Origin: Candidatus Sulfobium sp.
GTDB lineage: Bacteria; Nitrospirota; Thermodesulfovibrionia; Thermodesulfovibrionales; UBA6898
Length of the DNA: 21,249 nt
Direction of reading: 5' to 3'
Assembly (NCBI GenBank): GCA_037380845.1
Contig: JARRRI010000019.1
Span: 1 to 21,249, forward strand
Shown: positions 1 to 12,751 of the stretch, piece after piece
Layout: every line of letters starts with the position of its first letter
How positions within the stretch are numbered: position 1 is the stretch's first letter
Notes under the pieces: model-generated
Told to the model about the DNA's origin: nothing
Databases searched by the model: none
Seen by the model: the letters and a program-made list of their open reading frames with translations, nothing else
Made by a program: the position numbers and the translations under genes

Positions 1-239
1 AAGGGGGGAGGCACACCCCGTTTTTCAAGGGATACCGGCCGCAGTTTTACTTCCGTACGACTGACGTGACCGGAGTGGCGGAGCTTCCCGAGGGAGTGGA
101 GATGGTGATGCCGGGGGACAATGTGAGCCTGACGGCCGAACTGATATCGCCGATAGCGATGGAGAAGGAGCTCAGGTTCGCGATAAGAGAAGGCGGCCGC
201 ACGGTGGGTGCCGGTGTCGTTACCGAGGTACTGGGATGA
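1..239 (+). CDS. tuf: Elongation factor Tu, 3' end (truncated by window edge)
   Basis: Frame from base 3 reads [24 protein letters not shown]...MVMPGDNV...[21 protein letters not shown], with TGA at 237-239. Not in the ORF track. Confidence 0.98.
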   Translation, partial: GGRHTPFFKGYRPQFYFRTTDVTGVAELPEGVEMVMPGDNVSLTAELISPIAMEKELRFAIREGGRTVGAGVVTEVLG

Positions 240-388
240 GGGACATAATACTTTTTCAGTGCACTGAATGCAAGAACAAGAACTATTCGACCATGAAAAA
301 TAAAAAGAATACGACCGACAAGCTTCAGCGGAAAAAATACTGCAGGCACTGCATGAGACATACCATGCATAAGGAGGCCAAGGCATAA
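236..388 (+). CDS. rpmG: 50S ribosomal protein L33, zinc-ribbon (C+) type, 50 aa
   Basis: Manual translation [50 protein letters not shown]. Two CxxC pairs, ATGA overlap with the tuf stop, canonical tuf-rpmG-tRNA-Trp-secE order. Confidence 0.97.
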   Translation: MRDIILFQCTECKNKNYSTMKNKKNTTDKLQRKKYCRHCMRHTMHKEAKA

Positions 389-391
389 GAC

Positions 392-518
392 CGTGAATCG
401 TGACCCGTTAAGCGTAATGAGAGATGTTGGCAAGCCTGTCAAATATATGGTCATTCAAAGTTGACGGACAGCCCTATGGATTTTATTGCGGATCACGGAG
501 CGCGGATTACGAATCACG
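392..518. repeat. Inverted arrays of degenerate heptamer repeats forming a long imperfect hairpin
   Basis: CGTGAAT CGTGACC CGTTAAG CGTAATG (392-419) faces TATTGCG GATCACG GAGCGCG GATTACG AATCACG (484-518). 392-408 pairs with 502-518 at 15 of 17 positions, including G-U pairs. Confidence 0.7.
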
Positions 519-526
519 AATTTTAC

Positions 527-603
527 AGGCCAGTAGCTCTAACGGCTAGAGCATCGGACTCCAAATCCGAGGGTTGGGGGTTCGAATCCCTCCTGGCCTG
601 CCA
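527..603 (+). tRNA. trnW: tRNA-Trp (anticodon CCA)
   Basis: Acceptor stem AGGCCAG/CTGGCCT, anticodon arm TCGGA-CTCCAAA-TCCGA (CCA at 561-563), T-loop GTTCGAATC, encoded 3' CCA at 601-603. Typical position before secE. Confidence 0.98.
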
Positions 604-620
604 CTGAAAAGGATAATATA

Positions 621-806
621 ATGATAGAGAAAATTAAACAGTTCTTCAGGGAAGTAAAGACTGAGTCAAAAAAAGTTGTATATCCCGACAGGGACGAGCT
701 GATAGGGTCCACATGGATCGTAATCATCACTGTCGTCTTCGTATCTCTCTTCCTCGGAATAATAGACCTCAGTCTTACGAAACTGGTGGGACTGGCGCTC
801 AGGTAA
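621..806 (+). CDS. secE: Preprotein translocase subunit SecE (single TM)
   Basis: FFREVKTESKKVVYP amphipathic motif followed by one hydrophobic helix; lies between tRNA-Trp and nusG. Confidence 0.96.
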   Translation: MIEKIKQFFREVKTESKKVVYPDRDELIGSTWIVIITVVFVSLFLGIIDLSLTKLVGLALR

Positions 807-813
807 GAGGGAT

Positions 814-1338
814 ATGGCCAAAAACTGGTATGTAGTACATACGTATTCGGGATTTGAGGAGAAGGTGAAGGTTTCAATCGAGGAGAAGGTTGAAGCCGGG
901 CAGCTTCAGGAGAGGATATCGAAGATCCTCATCCCGACCGAGAGGGTTGTGGAACTGCGGGCAGGAAAAAAGAAGGAAAGTGACAAGAAATTTTATCCCG
1001 GCTACATACTTGTCGAAATGGAGCTGGATGATGAAACCTGGCACCTGATAAAGAACACCCCGAGGGTTACCGGCTTTGTGGGAGGGAAGCACCCTGTCCC
1101 GATTCCGGAGGAAGAGGTCGACATCATTCTGCAGCAGGTTGAAAAGGGGCCCGTCCCCCAGGTCAAGACGCAATATCAGAAGGGTGACAGCGTCAGGATT
1201 ACGGACGGCCCGTTCAGCAATTTCAACGGCTTCGTCGAGGATGTGGACCTGGACCACGGCAGGCTTCGTGTAATGGTGAGTATATTCGGCAGGCAAACGC
1301 CCGTTGAACTCAACTTTTTCCAGGTTGAGAAAAATTGA
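814..1338 (+). CDS. nusG: Transcription termination/antitermination factor NusG
   Basis: WYVVHTYSGFE, FYPGYILVEM, TPRVTGFVG, and KOW domain GDSVRITDGPF...VSIFGRQTPVEL. Confidence 0.99.
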   Translation: MAKNWYVVHTYSGFEEKVKVSIEEKVEAGQLQERISKILIPTERVVELRAGKKKESDKKFYPGYILVEMELDDETWHLIKNTPRVTGFVGGKHPVPIPEEEVDIILQQVEKGPVPQVKTQYQKGDSVRITDGPFSNFNGFVEDVDLDHGRLRVMVSIFGRQTPVELNFFQVEKN

Positions 1339-1371
1339 TCACAGGCAGAAAAGCAGGAGGATAAAGAAAAA

Positions 1372-1800
1372 ATGGCCAAGAAACAAGTCGTTGCGCAGGT
1401 GAAGCTTCAGATTGCCGCCGGGAAGGCGACACCTGCACCGCCTGTCGGACCCGCGCTCGGTCCGCACGGGGTTAACATAATGGAATTTTGCAAGGCATTC
1501 AATGCCCAGACACAGGCGCTGGGGGATACGATCATCCCGGTCATAATGACAGTCTACGCGGACCGGACGTTCACCTTTATTACCAAGACGCCGCCCGCAT
1601 CGGAACTGTTGAAGAAAGCCGCCGGGATAATAAAGGGTTCGGGCACGCCGAATAAGGACAAGGTGGGAAAGGTCACATCGGCACAGGTAAAGGAGATTGC
1701 GCAGACGAAACTTGTCGATTTGAACGCATATAACGTTGAAGACGCGATGAGGATAGTGGCCGGCACTGCCAGGAGCATGGGCGTCGAGGTCATAGATTAG
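1372..1800 (+). CDS. rplK: 50S ribosomal protein L11
   Basis: [15 protein letters not shown]...[11 protein letters not shown]...KTPPAS...GTARSMG. Confidence 0.99.
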   Translation: MAKKQVVAQVKLQIAAGKATPAPPVGPALGPHGVNIMEFCKAFNAQTQALGDTIIPVIMTVYADRTFTFITKTPPASELLKKAAGIIKGSGTPNKDKVGKVTSAQVKEIAQTKLVDLNAYNVEDAMRIVAGTARSMGVEVID

Positions 1801-1812
1801 ACGGAGGTTAAG

Positions 1813-2508
1813 ATGGGCAAGAAATTGAAGGCGGCCGAAAGCCAGATAGACCCCAACAGGGAATATCCGCTTGAAGAGGCAATCGAGACGGTCAAGAAAC
1901 TGGCTTATGCCAAATTTGACGAGGCTGTGGATCTGGCGTTTAATCTGGGGGTAGACCCGAGGAAGTCCGACCAGATGGTGAGGGGGACGGTAGTCCTTCC
2001 CCACGGCACGGGAAAAAGTGTCAGGGTACTTGTGTTTGCGAAGGGCGAGAAGGAAAAGGAAGCCAGAGACGCGGGAGCCGATTTTGTCGGTGCCGAAGAC
2101 ATGATCGAGAAAATAACGAAAGAAAGCTGGCTGGATTTCGAGAAGGTAGTGGCAACTCCGGACATGATGGGACTTGTCGGCAAACTTGGCAAGGTCCTCG
2201 GTCCCAGGGGGCTCATGCCGAATCCCAAGCTGGGCACTGTCACTTTCGAGGTCGCAAAGGCGGTCAAGGAAATAAAGGCCGGGAAGGTCGAGTACAAGAC
2301 CGGCAAGGCCGGCGTCGTTCATGTATCCATCGGGAAGGTCTCTTTTGACCGGGAGAAGCTTGTGGACAATGCCAGGGCCATCGTCGATTCGGTTATCAAG
2401 GCAAAACCGTCGACGAGCAAGGGCAAGTATCTGAAAAAACTGTCGATTTCGTCTACAATGGGCGTTGGTCTCAGGGTCGATGCCAACTCTGTGGCCGCCG
2501 GCAGATAG
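1813..2508 (+). CDS. rplA: 50S ribosomal protein L1
   Basis: [55 protein letters not shown]. Confidence 0.99.
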   Translation: MGKKLKAAESQIDPNREYPLEEAIETVKKLAYAKFDEAVDLAFNLGVDPRKSDQMVRGTVVLPHGTGKSVRVLVFAKGEKEKEARDAGADFVGAEDMIEKITKESWLDFEKVVATPDMMGLVGKLGKVLGPRGLMPNPKLGTVTFEVAKAVKEIKAGKVEYKTGKAGVVHVSIGKVSFDREKLVDNARAIVDSVIKAKPSTSKGKYLKKLSISSTMGVGLRVDANSVAAGR

Positions 2509-2538
2509 CAAAACCGGACTTGGGTCCGTCGATATATT

Positions 2539-2715
2539 AGTCAGAGACAGCAGGTGTGCAATACTTAATGGTCCGGAGGCCCTTGTGGGCGGTCCGGTAC
2601 TTGCCTGCCGAGGCTGAATAGGGGAAAATGTGAAGATGATGTCGGGGAGGAAAGTTGATTTTCCGAATTTTCCGGGCTGTTACGGTTCACATGCCTTTGT
2701 CTCTGGGAAAGGAGG
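2539..2715 (+). promoter_or_regulatory. L10 leader (rplJ autogenous-control RNA)
   Basis: Hallmark segments AGACAGCAGG (2545-2554), TTAA (2565-2568) and CCTGCCGAGG (2604-2613) directly upstream of rplJ, followed by a long hairpin (ATGTGAA 2628-2634 / TTCACAT 2686-2692). Confidence 0.85.
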
Positions 2716-2721
2716 TCGATT

Positions 2722-3240
2722 CTGAATAGGGACGAGAAAGCACAGGTGATAAGTGACCTTAAGGAGAAGTTTTCCAGGGCCAAGGCTGTGGTGTTCGCCG
2801 ATTTTACCGGTATGACGGTGGCGGAAACCACTGAATTCAGAAGGCTGCTCAAGAATTCATCGCTGGACTACAGGGTCGTGAAAAACACCCTTGCGAAGAT
2901 AGCATCCGCCGATACGGAAGTCGGTACGGCGGCCGATATGTTCCAGGGTCCGGTGGGGGTCGCCATAGGCTACGACGATCCGGTACTTGTGGTGAAGAAG
3001 GTACTTGAGTACACGAAGGCAAATGAAAAGCTCCGGGTAAAGGGCGCGGTTGTCGAGGGCAAGCTCTGCGATCAGAAGGAGATCAAGGAGATTGCGGATC
3101 TGCCGACGCGGGAAATGCTCCTGTCGATGCTTGCGGCTGCCATGCAGGCGCCTGCGACCAAGATGGCTGGGACGCTTGCCGCGACGGTCAACGGCTTTGC
3201 TTACGCGCTTGAAGCTCTGAAGAGCCAAAAGAATAACTGA
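2722..3240 (+). CDS. rplJ: 50S ribosomal protein L10, probable CTG start codon
   Basis: L10 sequence (DFTGMTVAE...RVVKNTLAKIA...GPVGVA...LPTREMLLSML). SD AAAGGAGGT at 2708-2716, then in-frame CTG at 2722 giving (M)NRDEKAQVISDLKEKF, which matches the usual L10 N-terminus. The ORF-track start at 2746 lacks it. Confidence 0.95.
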   Translation: MNRDEKAQVISDLKEKFSRAKAVVFADFTGMTVAETTEFRRLLKNSSLDYRVVKNTLAKIASADTEVGTAADMFQGPVGVAIGYDDPVLVVKKVLEYTKANEKLRVKGAVVEGKLCDQKEIKEIADLPTREMLLSMLAAAMQAPATKMAGTLAATVNGFAYALEALKSQKNN

Positions 3241-3285
3241 TAGTACATAAATCCAGGAAGGAATCTGTATAAAGGAGGTTAGAGA

Positions 3286-3666
3286 ATGGCTGTTAGCAAG
3301 GAAGAAGTTTTTGAATTCATTGACAGTATGACAGTACTGGAAATGTCGAAATTCATAAAGGAGTTCGAAGAGAGGTACGGGGTGACCGCCGCGGCTCCTG
3401 TCGCAGTTGCGGCAGCGCCCGGGGCCGCAGCCGCCGCTCCCGCCGCCGAGGAGAAGACCAGTTTTGAGGTGGTGCTGACCGCGGCCGGGGACAAGAAGAT
3501 CCAGGTGATCAAGGTCGTCAGGGAACTGACGGGTCTCGGCCTGAAGGAGGCGAAGGACCTCGTAGACGGTGCACCCAAGGCCGTGAAGACCGACGTCACG
3601 AAAGAGGAAGCCGATTCCATCAAGGCCAAGCTTGAAGAACAGGGAGCGACGGTAGAAGTAAAATAA
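3286..3666 (+). CDS. rplL: 50S ribosomal protein L7/L12
   Basis: Ala-rich hinge, [46 protein letters not shown] upstream. Confidence 0.99.
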   Translation: MAVSKEEVFEFIDSMTVLEMSKFIKEFEERYGVTAAAPVAVAAAPGAAAAAPAAEEKTSFEVVLTAAGDKKIQVIKVVRELTGLGLKEAKDLVDGAPKAVKTDVTKEEADSIKAKLEEQGATVEVK

Positions 3667-3672
3667 CTTTTC

Positions 3673-3728
3673 GGGGCAGGGAGCGGGAAGTGAAAGGTCT
3701 GGCTTCCCGTTCCTTGCTCTTTATCTTT
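3673..3728 (+). terminator. rplL-rpoB intergenic hairpin (putative attenuator/terminator)
   Basis: 19-bp stem GGGGCAGGGAGCGGGAAGT (3673-3691) / GCTTCCCGTTCCTTGCTCT (3702-3720) with G-U pairs, followed by TTATCTTT. Confidence 0.6.
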
Positions 3729-3741
3729 GCAAGGGAGAAAT

Positions 3742-6700
3742 ATGGCAAGAGTTTTGAGAAAAAGGTTGGATTTCGGGAAAGTTCCCCAGTTCCTGGAGGT
3801 CCCTAATCTTATAGAGATACAGAAGAGGTCATACGATAAGTTTCTGCAGCAGGACACCCCCATGGAGAAGAGGGAGGAATCGGGGCTGCAGGCAGCGTTC
3901 CTCAGTGTATTCCCGATTTCGGATTACAATGAGACCGCCGAGATCGAGTTCATCGGATATCTGGTGGGCGAGCCCAAATACTCCGTGAGAGAATGTCTTC
4001 AGAAGGGCACGACGTACGCTGCACCGATCAAGATAAGCGTCAAGCTCAACCAGTTCGAGATGGACGCGGCCGGGAAAAAGAAACTGAAAGAATCGAGAGA
4101 ACAGGAGGTCTACGTCGGTGAAATGCCGTTGATGACCGATACCGGCACATTCATCATCAACGGGACTGAACGCGTAGTAGTCAGCCAGTTGCACCGTTCA
4201 CCCGGCGTCTTTTTCAGCCATGACAAGGGGAAAACTCATGCCAGCGGAAGGCTTTTGTATTCGGCCAGAGTAATACCCTCCCGGGGCTCGTGGCTCGACT
4301 TCGAATTCGACACCAAGGATATCCTCTATGTGCGGATCGACAGGCGGAAAAAGCTGCCGGCGACCATAGTACTCAAGGCGCTTGGATATTCCAACGAAGA
4401 CCTCCTGAAGACCTTTTATCCCGTCGACACGGTAAGCCTGAAGGGCGCCAACGATTTTTCCATAGCCGTGAGTCATGTTCTGGCCGGCCTCAAGGCAGTG
4501 AAGAGTATTACTGACCCTTCTACAAAGGAAGTTATCGTCAAGGGTGGAAGCAAGATTACAAAGGGCGCCCTCAGAAAGATGGATGCGGCCGGGATCAAGA
4601 CTATTCCGGTGACGAAAGAGGAGATCGTCGGACGGATCACACTGAAAGACATTATCGATCCTACCACCGGAGAGGTTATTCTGGAAGGCAATGAAGTATT
4701 GACAGAGGACGTCTTCAATAAGGTCGTTTCCCTGAAGATAGATACCCTGCAACTGCTCTTTATAGACAACGTCCATTATCTTTCCTCTCTCCGTGATACC
4801 CTCCTTTCGGACAAGGTGGGCACGCAGGAGGAGGCCCTGATAGAGATTTACAAGAAATTGAGACCGGGGGAACCGCCGACGATCCGGGCCGCAAAAGACC
4901 TTTTCAGCGGCCTTTTCTTCGATCCCAAGAGATACGATCTGTCACCCGTAGGGAGATTGAAACTGAACAAGCGGCTGGGACTTGACGTGCCCTTGGATAC
5001 CAAGGTCCTCACGGACAGGGACATCGTGGAAATCGTAAGGTATATCCTGAGCCTGAGAACGGGCAAGGGGGAAGTCGATGACATCGACCATCTCGGAAAC
5101 AGGAGGATCAGGGGTATCGGAGAGCTTCTGGAGAACCAGTTCAGGATCGGGCTCGTAAGGATGGAGCGTGCCATCAAGGAGAAGATGACCCTGACAGAGC
5201 TGGAGACGGCGATGCCCCACGACCTCATCAACTCAAAGCCGGTCATGGCTGCGGTGAAGGAATTTTTCGGCTCCAGCCAGTTGAGCCAGTTCATGGACCA
5301 GACCAACCCGCTGTCGGAGATTACCCACAAGAGGAGGCTTTCGGCCCTGGGGCCCGGCGGCCTGACCAGGGAGAGGGCGGGCTTCGAGGTCAGGGACGTC
5401 CATCCTACCCACTACGGCAGGATATGTCCTATCGAAACGCCGGAAGGTCCGAATATCGGGCTTATCACCTCTCTGGCATCATATGCCAGGGTGAACGATT
5501 ACGGCTTTATCGAGGTGCCTTACAGGAAGGTCGTGAACGGTAAGGTGACGGGAGATGTGCAGTATTTCTCGGCAATAGAAGGCGAAAAGTTCATCATCGC
5601 CGAGGCGACTTCGGCGGTGGACAAGAAGGGGAATCTTGCGGGCGAAGCTGTCTCGGCGAGAGAGGGCGGCGACTTCAGAATCGTTACCCCGCAGGAGGTC
5701 AACTACATGGACGTGTCCCCGAAACAGGTGGTGGGGATCTCGGCAGCACTGATACCGTTCCTTGAGAACGACGATGCCAACAGGGCCCTCATGGGGTCCA
5801 ACATGCAGCGCCAGGCTGTGCCCCTCCTGAAGCCCGCGGCCCCTCTGGTGGGCACCGGGATGGAGTACGTGGCGGCAAGAGATTCCGGTGCCCTTGTACT
5901 TGCCAGGAGAGCCGGGAAGGTGGAAAGTGTGGACGCTTCCCGTGTTGTGGTCAGGACCACGGGCGACGACGGAGGCGTGGATATATACAGCCTGGTGAAA
6001 TTCCAGCGGTCGAACCAGGCCACATGCATAAACCAGCGCCCCGTGGTGTCAGTAGGCGACGAAGTGACACAGGGCGATATCCTCGCGGACGGACAGTCGA
6101 CGGACTTCGGAGAGCTGGCACTCGGTCAGAACGTGCTGGTGGCCTTCATGCCCTGGGGCGGGTACAATTTTGAGGACGCGATACTCCTGAGTGAACGGCT
6201 GGTCAAGGAGGACGTATATACCTCGATTCACATAGAGGAATTTGAAGTAGAGGCTAGGGAGACCAAACTCGGGTCGGAAGAGATAACCCGTGATATTCCC
6301 AACGTCGGAGAAGAGGCCCTGAAAGACCTCGACGAGAGCGGCATCATAAGGATCGGGGCTGAAGTCGGCCCCGGGAACATTCTGGTGGGCAAGGTCACGC
6401 CCAAGGGCGAGACCCAGCTTACCCCGGAAGAGAAACTGCTCAGGGCCATTTTTGGAGAAAAGGCCGAAGAGGTAAAGGAGAGTTGCCTCTATGTTCCGCC
6501 CGGTATCGAAGGTACCGTCGTCGATGTCAGGATCTTTTCAAGAAAAGGAATTGCGAAGGACGGCAGGGCGAAGGATATAGAGGAAGATGATATACAGAGG
6601 CTCCAGCGGGACCTGGAAGAGGAGATAAAGGTCGTAAAAGAGGAAAAATTCAAGAGGCTGCGCCGGATGATTGCGGGGCAGCGCGCGGCTGAAGATATCG

Positions 6701-7851
6701 TGGCGCCAAGGACGAAAGAGGTGATCTGCCCCAAAGGCAAGACGATCAGCGAAAAGCATCTTGAGCAGGTGAAGGATGAACACCTGATGCGCATAAAGAT
6801 TTCAAACGATGATGTACAGGAGAAGATCGAGGCCGTTAATAGCGATTCCAACCACTATGTGAGATACCTGGAATCGCGGTACGACGAGAGAGTGGAGAGG
6901 GTGCGCAAGGGCGATGAGCTGGCACCGGGAGTGAACAAACTGATCAAGGTCTATATCGCCATGAAGCGCAAAGTACAGATCGGAGACAAAATGGCCGGGC
7001 GTCACGGCAACAAGGGTGTTGTAGCCATGGTCCTGCCGGAAGAGGACATGCCCTATCTGCCGGACGGGACATCAGTCGATATCGTATTGAATCCACTGGG
7101 TGTCCCTTCTCGAATGAACGTCGGGCAGATCCTTGAGACCCATCTGGGATGGGCCGCGAGGGTGCTGGGTCTGCGCCTGACCGAGGCCATGGACAAGTGT
7201 GCGCCGGCGGACGGCCTGAAGAAATACATACGGGATGTCTACAAGGACTTCGGCAACAAGGAAGTGAATGAAGACACCGTGCGTTACGTTGAGGGACTCG
7301 ACGAAGAAGGGACAATGGAAGTTGCCGGGAGACTGAAGAAGGGCTTCCCTGTCGCTACCCCCGTATTCGAGGGTGCAAAGGAAGCGGAGATAAAGAGCCT
7401 GCTGAAGAAGTCGGGGCTGCCCGTTACAGGGCAGGTTACACTGTATGACGGAAAGACGGGGGAAACCTTCAAACGGCCCGTCACCGTGGGATATACGTAT
7501 ATGATGAAGCTCCATCACCTGGTGGACGACAAGATCCACGCCCGCTCCATAGGTCCCTACTCGCTCGTTACCCAGCAGCCGCTGGGAGGGAAGGCGCAGT
7601 TCGGCGGCCAGAGGCTGGGTGAAATGGAAGTGTGGGCGCTTGAAGGCTACGGCGCGGCATATACGCTTCAGGAGTTTCTGACCGTAAAAAGTGATGATGT
7701 GACGGGAAGAGCCAGGATGTATGAGGCTATCGTGAAAGGCGACGCAACGCTGGAACCGGGCGTGCCGGAGTCTTTCCACGTATTAATAAAAGAACTCCAG
7801 AGCCTCGGCCTTGATGTCGAGCTCCTGGAGAAAAAGAAGAAGGGGGAGTAG
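3742..7851 (+). CDS. rpoB: DNA-directed RNA polymerase beta subunit
   Basis: [80 protein letters not shown] at 3742 follows SD GGGAG. Confidence 0.99.
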   Translation: MARVLRKRLDFGKVPQFLEVPNLIEIQKRSYDKFLQQDTPMEKREESGLQAAFLSVFPISDYNETAEIEFIGYLVGEPKYSVRECLQKGTTYAAPIKISVKLNQFEMDAAGKKKLKESREQEVYVGEMPLMTDTGTFIINGTERVVVSQLHRSPGVFFSHDKGKTHASGRLLYSARVIPSRGSWLDFEFDTKDILYVRIDRRKKLPATIVLKALGYSNEDLLKTFYPVDTVSLKGANDFSIAVSHVLAGLKAVKSITDPSTKEVIVKGGSKITKGALRKMDAAGIKTIPVTKEEIVGRITLKDIIDPTTGEVILEGNEVLTEDVFNKVVSLKIDTLQLLFIDNVHYLSSLRDTLLSDKVGTQEEALIEIYKKLRPGEPPTIRAAKDLFSGLFFDPKRYDLSPVGRLKLNKRLGLDVPLDTKVLTDRDIVEIVRYILSLRTGKGEVDDIDHLGNRRIRGIGELLENQFRIGLVRMERAIKEKMTLTELETAMPHDLINSKPVMAAVKEFFGSSQLSQFMDQTNPLSEITHKRRLSALGPGGLTRERAGFEVRDVHPTHYGRICPIETPEGPNIGLITSLASYARVNDYGFIEVPYRKVVNGKVTGDVQYFSAIEGEKFIIAEATSAVDKKGNLAGEAVSAREGGDFRIVTPQEVNYMDVSPKQVVGISAALIPFLENDDANRALMGSNMQRQAVPLLKPAAPLVGTGMEYVAARDSGALVLARRAGKVESVDASRVVVRTTGDDGGVDIYSLVKFQRSNQATCINQRPVVSVGDEVTQGDILADGQSTDFGELALGQNVLVAFMPWGGYNFEDAILLSERLVKEDVYTSIHIEEFEVEARETKLGSEEITRDIPNVGEEALKDLDESGIIRIGAEVGPGNILVGKVTPKGETQLTPEEKLLRAIFGEKAEEVKESCLYVPPGIEGTVVDVRIFSRKGIAKDGRAKDIEEDDIQRLQRDLEEEIKVVKEEKFKRLRRMIAGQRAAEDIVAPRTKEVICPKGKTISEKHLEQVKDEHLMRIKISNDDVQEKIEAVNSDSNHYVRYLESRYDERVERVRKGDELAPGVNKLIKVYIAMKRKVQIGDKMAGRHGNKGVVAMVLPEEDMPYLPDGTSVDIVLNPLGVPSRMNVGQILETHLGWAARVLGLRLTEAMDKCAPADGLKKYIRDVYKDFGNKEVNEDTVRYVEGLDEEGTMEVAGRLKKGFPVATPVFEGAKEAEIKSLLKKSGLPVTGQVTLYDGKTGETFKRPVTVGYTYMMKLHHLVDDKIHARSIGPYSLVTQQPLGGKAQFGGQRLGEMEVWALEGYGAAYTLQEFLTVKSDDVTGRARMYEAIVKGDATLEPGVPESFHVLIKELQSLGLDVELLEKKKKGE

Positions 7852-7852
7852 A

Positions 7853-11962
<4,110 letters not shown>

Positions 11963-11979
11963 ATTTTCTGCGGTTGACG

Positions 11980-12015
11980 CCCCCGGTTTTCGCAAGGAAC
12001 CGGGGGATTTATTTT
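11980..12015 (+). terminator. Intrinsic terminator after rpoC
   Basis: CCCCCGGTTTTC-GCAA-GGAACCGGGGG hairpin with a GNRA loop, followed by ATTTATTTT. Confidence 0.8.
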
Positions 12016-12134
12016 GCTGCTGCGCTGTATTCGGCATTTTACAAAATGACACTGGCTCGCGAAGCCTTCTCGCCGCCGCCTGCCGCCCCCGAAAAAGGGG
12101 TACCTGCCGTAATATGTGTTAATATAATTAAGGT

Positions 12135-12262
12135 AACCTCCGTCTCTGAGCCGGTCTGTAATCCCTCCCGCTTTGCCCCGGGGGATTCGAATACCGGCCA
12201 TGAGACATTAATGGATGAATATGCCGCATGGGCGTGCAGGCAATGTTTTTTTCTTCTTTTTT
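12135..12262 (+). ncRNA. Candidate structured leader RNA or sRNA ending in an intrinsic terminator
   Basis: TATAAT at 12123-12128. Three-tier stem: GTCTC/GAGAC (12142-46/12202-06), GCCGGT/ACCGGC (12150-55/12193-98), AATCCCTC/GGGGGATT (12160-67/12180-87). Second hairpin 12222-12242 with long T-tract 12246-12262. No family recognised. Confidence 0.35.
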
Positions 12263-12283
12263 GCTGGGGTGTGACAGGGGGAG

Positions 12284-12751
12284 ATGAAATTCATAGCTGA
12301 CGCTATGCTCGGAAGGCTTGCAAAGTGGATGAGGATTTTTGGATGTGACGTGGTCTACCACCCGGACATCGATGACAGGCAATTGGTGAGAATCTCAAGG
12401 GAACAGGAGCGGACATTGCTCACCCGTGACACCCTCCTTCTGAAGCGAAGAGGGTTGAATAACCCTGTCTTTATCAGATCCGACGATGTCCGTCAGCAGA
12501 TTCTGGAGATCAGGCATATGCTGAAGTCTTGCGCCGAATTGCCGCTCGGCAGATGCGCCGTGTGCAACGGTCCTCTTGAGGGTGTGCCGCGGAAGGAAGA
12601 GATAAGGGCGGCAGTCCCGGATTACGTCTATCTCAGCCATGACCGTTTTGCCAGATGCAGCGGGTGCGGCAAAGTGTACTGGGAAGGTACACACTACGGC
12701 GAAATCAGGAAGAGGGTCCGGGAGATCTCGGAGGAGGGAAATGAAGGCTAA
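12284..12751 (+). CDS. Mut7-C RNase domain protein (PIN-like fold with zinc ribbon)
   Basis: KFIADAMLGRLAKWMRIFGCD, DIDD, LLTRD, RCAVCNG and CSGCGKVYWEGTH are the characteristic Mut7-C (DUF82) motifs. Confidence 0.92.
   Translation: MKFIADAMLGRLAKWMRIFGCDVVYHPDIDDRQLVRISREQERTLLTRDTLLLKRRGLNNPVFIRSDDVRQQILEIRHMLKSCAELPLGRCAVCNGPLEGVPRKEEIRAAVPDYVYLSHDRFARCSGCGKVYWEGTHYGEIRKRVREISEEGNEG

Noticed and set aside
47..454. 135-aa minus-strand ORF
   Set aside because: It lies antisense to tuf and rpmG, which explain the region.
5269..5364. Rifampicin-resistance region of RpoB
   Set aside because: [26 protein letters not shown] is the usual sensitive-type sequence; no resistance substitution is visible.
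12150..12200. tRNA-Tyr-like words (CTGTAA, TTCGAAT)
   Set aside because: The anticodon and T stems do not pair, so there is no cloverleaf. The sequence folds better as one long hairpin.
11974..12300. 108-aa ORF between rpoC and Mut7-C
   Set aside because: It runs through a terminator and hairpins, has no SD and has non-protein-like composition.
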